Shown: positions 59,408-64,000 of the stretch, piece after piece | Layout of the letters: each line of letters opens with the position of its first letter | Position numbering within the stretch: the stretch's first letter is position 1 | Source: Gammaproteobacteria bacterium | GTDB lineage: Bacteria; Pseudomonadota; Gammaproteobacteria; Chromatiales; Chromatiaceae | Direction of reading: 5' to 3' | Length of the DNA: 64,000 nt | Assembly: GCA_037385685.1 (NCBI GenBank) | Contig: JARRMW010000016.1 | Location: 166-64,165, forward strand | The notes under the pieces: generated by a model | What the model was told of the DNA's origin: nothing | Databases searched by the model: none | The model's input: only the letters and a program-made list of their open reading frames with translations | Position numbers and translations under genes: made by a program

Positions 59408-59884
59408 ATGAAAGAGACAAACAGGCTGCGACGCAGCTTTCTGAAAGGCATCGGGGTGATCGGTGGCATCTTTGCCATCAGGCAAGTCCATGCAACGCAT
59501 ACTGACACGCATTTCGAGGAAGAAACGGAGCACAATATCGTCTACCAGTGCAACAAGATCGACCCTGACTATCTTGAGCACATCATGTTCTCGGTTGGCG
59601 AGATGGTGCGAAAGTATGGTGACGACATCCAGGTGATCGTCACGGCTTTCGGCCCAGGCCTGCACCTGCTGCTGAAGCACCCGATTCGTCCTGTCCCGCC
59701 ACTCATCCAGCAACGCGTGACCTCGCTGCAGCAATATGGTGTCAAGTTTCATGCCTGTGGCAACACCATGGAATCGCTGAACGTATCCGAGAAAGACCTG
59801 ATCGACGGGGTGAAGGTTGTACCCATCGGGATCGATGACCTCATGCAGTTGCAGGAGCAGGGATACGCCTACGTCAGCTGGTGA
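59408..59884 (+). CDS. DsrE/DsrF-like (COG1416-type) protein with twin-arginine signal peptide
   Basis: Start MKETNRLRRSFLKGIGVIGGIFAI (RRxFLK Tat motif) with a GGAGGA RBS. VTAFGPGLHLL...FHACGNTM...LQEQGYAYV core. Confidence 0.65.
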   Translation: MKETNRLRRSFLKGIGVIGGIFAIRQVHATHTDTHFEEETEHNIVYQCNKIDPDYLEHIMFSVGEMVRKYGDDIQVIVTAFGPGLHLLLKHPIRPVPPLIQQRVTSLQQYGVKFHACGNTMESLNVSEKDLIDGVKVVPIGIDDLMQLQEQGYAYVSW

Positions 59885-60036
59885 GGACCAGGGTTCGGAG
59901 TCAATTTGACTCCGCCCCCTCAAATACCCTTTCTTGTCATCGCGAACCTTGCGCAGCACGGTGTGGCGATCTCAAGGTTCAGATTGCCACAGTCGCTGGC
60001 GCTCCTTCGCAATGACAATGTTTGAATCTAAAGTCA

Positions 60037-60100
60037 GGTGCTGCGGCGCACCCGCCGCTTTCAAAATAAAAATCTGCGCGCCGACGCACGCATCAAAAAA
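60037..60100. repeat. Fragment copy of the his-operon element termini
   Basis: GGTGCTGCGGCGCACCCGCCGCTTTCAAAATAAA matches 47052-47085 with one mismatch. The following GCGCGCCGACGCACGCATCAAAA resembles the reverse complement of 46580-46602. Confidence 0.7.
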
Positions 60101-60116
60101 CGGGACAGGACCAATC

Positions 60117-60159
60117 GGTGTCGGAGATTATTTTCCGCAGGAAAATGATCTCCGACACC
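60117..60159. other. Long near-perfect stem-loop between convergent genes (possible terminator)
   Basis: GGTGTCGGAGAT-ta-TTTTCC-gca-GGAAAA-tg-ATCTCCGACACC, 20 nt beyond the nfeD stop. There is no adjacent T-run. Confidence 0.45.
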
Positions 60160-60178
60160 AGACATTCTGAATCAACAG

Positions 60179-60628
60179 CTAGTCGACCGGCTCCACCTCG
60201 AGCACGGCCGCCCTTGCACCGATAACCCGCACCTTCGCGCCGACTGGCGCGTCCGGTCCTCTGGCCTTCCAGGTCGATTCTCCAACCTTGATACGGCCCT
60301 CACCGTTGACGATCTCCTGCTGCACCGTATAGACACGCCCGATAAGTTCCTGACCACGTTCATTGAGCAGGGGCTCATCGCTGTGTATCGGGTTGCGGCC
60401 GAACCAGACCTTGGCGACTGTGATGACGACAATACTCAGGCTGGCGAAGATCACGAGCTGGATCTGCCAGTTCAGCCCTGGCGCGAGTAATGTGACAATA
60501 CCCGTCACAGCCGCCGAGAACCCCATCCACATGAAAAATGCAGCCGGGGAGAACATCTCCAGGATCAGCAGCACCATGGCAATGATGAGCCAGTGCCACC
60601 AGTGGAAGTCACCGAAGAGCCACTCCAT
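60179..60628 (-). CDS. NfeD-family membrane protein
   Basis: 149 aa. N-terminal TM segments plus a C-terminal OB-like domain (GRVYTVQQEIVNGEGRIKVGESTWKARG). ATGA overlap with the upstream SPFH gene. Confidence 0.8.
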   Translation of the reverse strand: MEWLFGDFHWWHWLIIAMVLLILEMFSPAAFFMWMGFSAAVTGIVTLLAPGLNWQIQLVIFASLSIVVITVAKVWFGRNPIHSDEPLLNERGQELIGRVYTVQQEIVNGEGRIKVGESTWKARGPDAPVGAKVRVIGARAAVLEVEPVD

Positions 60629-61554
60629 CAGGCGTCACCCTTGTGATTTCTGGTTGCGAGTGCTTCCTTTGCAACCTCGGCGATCCCGCCGATAGAACCG
60701 ATCAGGCTCGAGGCCTCGAGCGGCAGCATGATGATCTTCTGGTTGGGCGCTGTGCCAATCTGCTGCAGTGCCTCGGTGTACTTTGTTGCGACAAAGTAAT
60801 TAATAGCGTTCATATCACCGCGTGCGATTGCCTCCGACACCATGGTCGTCGCCCTGGCCTCCGCCTCGGCGAGTCGCTCGCGTGCCTCGGCCTCGCGAAA
60901 GGCGGCCTCCTTCTCGCCCTCGGCTTCGAGGATCTGTGCCTGCTTCTGCCCCTCGGCGCGCAGGATTTCGGACTGCCGCGCACCTTCGGCGACAAGAATT
61001 GCCGCACGCTTGTCTCGCTCGGCTTTCATCTGGCGTGCCATGGAATCCACGAGGTCCTGCGGCGGATTGATGTCCTTTATCTCGATGCGGGTGACCTTGA
61101 TTCCCCAGGTTGAGGCAGCATCATCAACGACCGAAAGCAGCCGCGTGTTGATGGCATCACGGTTCGAAAGCAGTTCATCGAGATCCATGGAACCGAGTAC
61201 GGTCCGGATATTGGTCATGGTCATCTGCAGGATCGCACGATACATGTCATTGACCTTGTAGGAGGCGCTAGCCGAGTCGATGACCTGGAAGAAGACCACG
61301 CCGTCGGCCACCACCATGGCGTTGTCACGCGTGATGACCTCCTGTGACGGCACATCGAGGACCTGCTCCATGACGTTGACCTTTCGCCCGACGGAATCGA
61401 TGAAAGGCACGATAAAGTTGATACCCGGTTTCAGCGTTTTTGTGTATCGTCCGAGTCGTTCAACCGTGTACTCCATCCCCTGGGGCACGCGCTTGACGCT
61501 CAGCACAACGATGATCACGACCAGCACAGCAAGGACTATCGGCAAGAATTCCAT
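60628..61554 (-). CDS. SPFH/Band-7 (stomatin-like, QmcA-type) protein
   Basis: 308 aa. N-terminal TM, SPFH core (VPQGMEYTVERLGRYTK...) and an Ala/Glu-rich coiled coil. Confidence 0.85.
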   Translation of the reverse strand: MEFLPIVLAVLVVIIVVLSVKRVPQGMEYTVERLGRYTKTLKPGINFIVPFIDSVGRKVNVMEQVLDVPSQEVITRDNAMVVADGVVFFQVIDSASASYKVNDMYRAILQMTMTNIRTVLGSMDLDELLSNRDAINTRLLSVVDDAASTWGIKVTRIEIKDINPPQDLVDSMARQMKAERDKRAAILVAEGARQSEILRAEGQKQAQILEAEGEKEAAFREAEARERLAEAEARATTMVSEAIARGDMNAINYFVATKYTEALQQIGTAPNQKIIMLPLEASSLIGSIGGIAEVAKEALATRNHKGDA

Positions 61555-61674
61555 CAGGATCTCCTATGAGTTTTTATTGGTTTGACCATTTTGGATAATG
61601 GGGTCAAAAACAGCGCTGTCAATGCGTCACACACTGTATCTGTGCCCGGCTTGCAGATACCATAGCACAGCACT

Positions 61675-62409
61675 ATGACAGGCTTTTTGAAACCCCCAAA
61701 GTCCCTGCTGCGCAAGACGGGGAAGGCGATCGCGGATTTCGATATGATCCGCGACGGCGACCAGTTGCTGCTCGGCGTTTCCGGCGGCAAGGACTCGCTC
61801 ACGCTGCTTCACATCCTCGGGCACCTGCAGACCTATGCACCTGTCAAATTTGACCTTGGGGTCATCACGGTCGATCCGGAGGTCGAGGGCTTCGACCCGC
61901 ACACCCTGACCCGGTACTACGACGACATTGGTGTCAGGTGGCACTACGCGGAACAGCCGATCATGGAGCAGGCGAAAGAACACATGGATGGGGATTCGTT
62001 CTGCTCCTACTGCTCCAGGATGAAGCGCGGCATCATGTACTCCACATGCCGGCGCGAAGGCTACAATGTACTGGTGCTGGCACAGCATCTCGATGACCTG
62101 GCCGAGAGCCTGATGATGTCGATCTTCCATGGAGGCCAGCTGCGCACCATGAAAGCCTGCTACACCAACAGGGACGGCGACATACGCATCATTCGGCCCC
62201 TTGTCTATGTCCGCGAAACCATGACTGCGGCTTTTGCGCGTGAGGCGAACCTGCCGGTTATACCGGATTCCTGTCCCGCCTGTTTCTCGATGCCGACCCA
62301 ACGCGAGCAGACCAAGCAGCTGTTGAGGCAACTCGAAAAAAAGAACAAGAACCTTTTCCCTAATATGCTCCACGCGATGCGGCCGCTGCTGACAGAGACA
62401 TTCGAGTAA
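61675..62409 (+). CDS. ttcA: tRNA 2-thiocytidine(32) synthetase TtcA (short form)
   Basis: 244 aa. PP-loop LLGVSGGKDSLTLL, CSYCSRMKRG and CPAC Cys motifs. Collinear with the E. coli TtcA core. Confidence 0.85.
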   Translation: MTGFLKPPKSLLRKTGKAIADFDMIRDGDQLLLGVSGGKDSLTLLHILGHLQTYAPVKFDLGVITVDPEVEGFDPHTLTRYYDDIGVRWHYAEQPIMEQAKEHMDGDSFCSYCSRMKRGIMYSTCRREGYNVLVLAQHLDDLAESLMMSIFHGGQLRTMKACYTNRDGDIRIIRPLVYVRETMTAAFAREANLPVIPDSCPACFSMPTQREQTKQLLRQLEKKNKNLFPNMLHAMRPLLTETFE

Positions 62410-62452
62410 CGTTGGCTTGCACGGGATTTACCGCGGATAGCGTGATCCGGGG

Positions 62453-63325
62453 CTACTCCCTGTTCAGCTGGTCACGCATCTCCTGGAAGTGCGCCAGGTC
62501 ACCGGGCGCAACGCTCGGATATTGCGGATCGAGCGCCTCGAGCGTCTTGCGCACGATTCGTGCGACCTGCCAGCGCATGTAAGGCTTGTTGTCGGCCGGA
62601 ATCGCATACCAGGGTGCCCAGGGTTTTGATGTAGCAGCCAGTGCCTGCTGGTAGGCCTCCATGTAGGCGTCCCAGAGTTTGCGCTCATCGAGATCACCGG
62701 ACGAGAATTTCCAGTGCTTCTCCGGCTCGTTGAGACGGGAGAGAAAGCGCCGCTTCTGCTCGTCTTTCGAAACATTGAGCCAGAATTTGAGAATCACCGT
62801 GCCATTTTCGGCCAGGTACCTCTCATGGTCGGCGATGGCGCGGTAACGCGCCTGCCAGAAGGCTTCCATGTCATCTGGCAAATCGAGTCGCTGTCCGCCG
62901 AGATACTCGGGGTGCACACGCACGACCAGAACCTCTTCATAATAACTGCGGTTGAAAACCCCGATGCGGCCACGCTCGGGCAAGCGTTTCACAGATCGCC
63001 ACAGGTAGTCATGGTCGAGTTCCTCTTTCGAGGGCTGCTTGAAGGAGGAGACCTGGCACCCTGCAGGATTGACGCCACGCAAGACTGCGCGGATCGTGCT
63101 GTCCTTGCCTGCAGCATCCATGGCCTGGAATACCAGCAACAGCGAATACCGGTCACTGGCATACAGACGCCGTTGCAGCTCATCGATCTGTTTTACCTCT
63201 TTTTTGAGGCGCTTCTTGCATGCCTTCTCGTCCGGCACCCCTTGCGGCGGGCGAGTCGAATAGTCCTCAAGGCTGAATCTGCCGTCCGTCGGCACAAGCC
63301 ATGGTGTCAAAAGTTCATTCGCCAT
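62453..63325 (-). CDS. ppk2: Polyphosphate kinase 2 family protein
   Basis: 290 aa. LLVFQAMDAAGKDSTI Walker-A-like motif, FNRSYYEEVLVVRVH and KFWLNVSKDEQKRRF. Confidence 0.85.
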   Translation of the reverse strand: MANELLTPWLVPTDGRFSLEDYSTRPPQGVPDEKACKKRLKKEVKQIDELQRRLYASDRYSLLLVFQAMDAAGKDSTIRAVLRGVNPAGCQVSSFKQPSKEELDHDYLWRSVKRLPERGRIGVFNRSYYEEVLVVRVHPEYLGGQRLDLPDDMEAFWQARYRAIADHERYLAENGTVILKFWLNVSKDEQKRRFLSRLNEPEKHWKFSSGDLDERKLWDAYMEAYQQALAATSKPWAPWYAIPADNKPYMRWQVARIVRKTLEALDPQYPSVAPGDLAHFQEMRDQLNRE

Positions 63326-63553
63326 ATGATCCTGCCAGCGCCCTGTGCAGCGCCTCTGAAATTGAATAGTCAGCCCGGGTCAGGGTGCCATGCACATGTC
63401 GCTGAAGCAATTGACTCCCTGCCCGGTGTACAAGGCATGGACGATTCCTGCCAGTTTCCGGCCATTGCCGCGATCCTGTTTAGATCAGTCATTACCGGCG
63501 TGGCCGGATATCCTGATCGCGCTATACGGGTCAGGTAACCCTGAGGAACAGGA

Positions 63554-64000
63554 TTACTCCTTCGCAGTTTCTTTGTGCTCGCCACCCTCGAGGAGATCGT
63601 GGCGATAGAGATGCACATCGCTCTGCGGAAAAGGAATCGAAACACCGGCCTTGTCGAACTCCATCTTGACGCTGCGCGTGATATCCCAGTAGACATCCCA
63701 GTAATCGGCCGTGTTCGACCAGGGGCGAACGATGAAATCAACGGAAGAGGCGCCAAGTGCGCTGACCTTGATGACCGGTTCCGGATCATGGAGCACAAGC
63801 GGGTGTTCCTTGACGACCTTCCAGAGGATCTCTTCGGCCTTTTCGATATCGTCTCCGTAACCGATTCCAAAGGTCATGTCGATACGGCGTACCTTGCGCG
63901 CAGTGATGTTCTTGATGGTATTGCCCCAGATGTTGTTGTTCGGAATCATGAGCTGCTGATTGTCGAATGTCAGGACGGTTGTCGAGACCAGCGTCATGGC
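63554..64000 (-). CDS. Mechanosensitive ion channel (MscS family), C-terminal part; N-terminus beyond the window end
   Basis: VLTFDNQQLMIPNNNIWGNTIKNIT...VDFIVRPW...GVSIPFPQ is typical of the MscS beta and C-terminal domains. The ORF is open to the window edge. Confidence 0.8.
   Translation of the reverse strand, partial: AMTLVSTTVLTFDNQQLMIPNNNIWGNTIKNITARKVRRIDMTFGIGYGDDIEKAEEILWKVVKEHPLVLHDPEPVIKVSALGASSVDFIVRPWSNTADYWDVYWDITRSVKMEFDKAGVSIPFPQSDVHLYRHDLLEGGEHKETAKE

Overview
Dense, high-GC (about 58-60% by eye, not computed) gammaproteobacterial chromosomal window of mostly core housekeeping genes. I found no rRNA, tRNA, CRISPR array, integrase or transposase gene. Pseudomonas-like synteny blocks are recognisable: lptD-surA-pdxA, glnA-ntrBC and mlaFEDCB-murA-hisGDC. 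The rest includes a partial cusBA copper efflux operon, a rimK cluster, a SulP transporter, a B-family (ba3-type) cytochrome oxidase operon next to a CcoI/FixI-type Cu-ATPase, a VIT-vWA surface protein, ubiD, prlC, trmL and a class-1B-like pyrD. Scattered sulfur-relay genes (rhodanese, TusA, DsrE-like, ttcA) suggest, as inference only, a marine or sulfur-cycling lineage. I do not see a convincing large novel multi-gene system. The best second-look items are: (1) a Sec-signal EndoU-like RNase translationally coupled to a YacL/UPF0231-like acidic protein that sits 1 nt from greB; (2) a ~600 bp palindromic MITE-like element between hisD and hisC, with a fragment copy at 60.0 kb; (3) apparent gene lesions: hisG lacks ~24 conserved residues, a ThiI/MnmA-like thiolase starts inside its PP-loop, an XRE regulator is frame-disrupted, and ibaG is missing; (4) a VIT-vWA protein with a GlyGly-CTERM-like tail; (5) a ~140 aa insertion in the SulP transporter core. 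Product calls rest on motifs and remembered homolog sequences, not on searches. Many long ORFs in the track are antisense or alternate-frame artefacts typical of high-GC DNA and were rejected.
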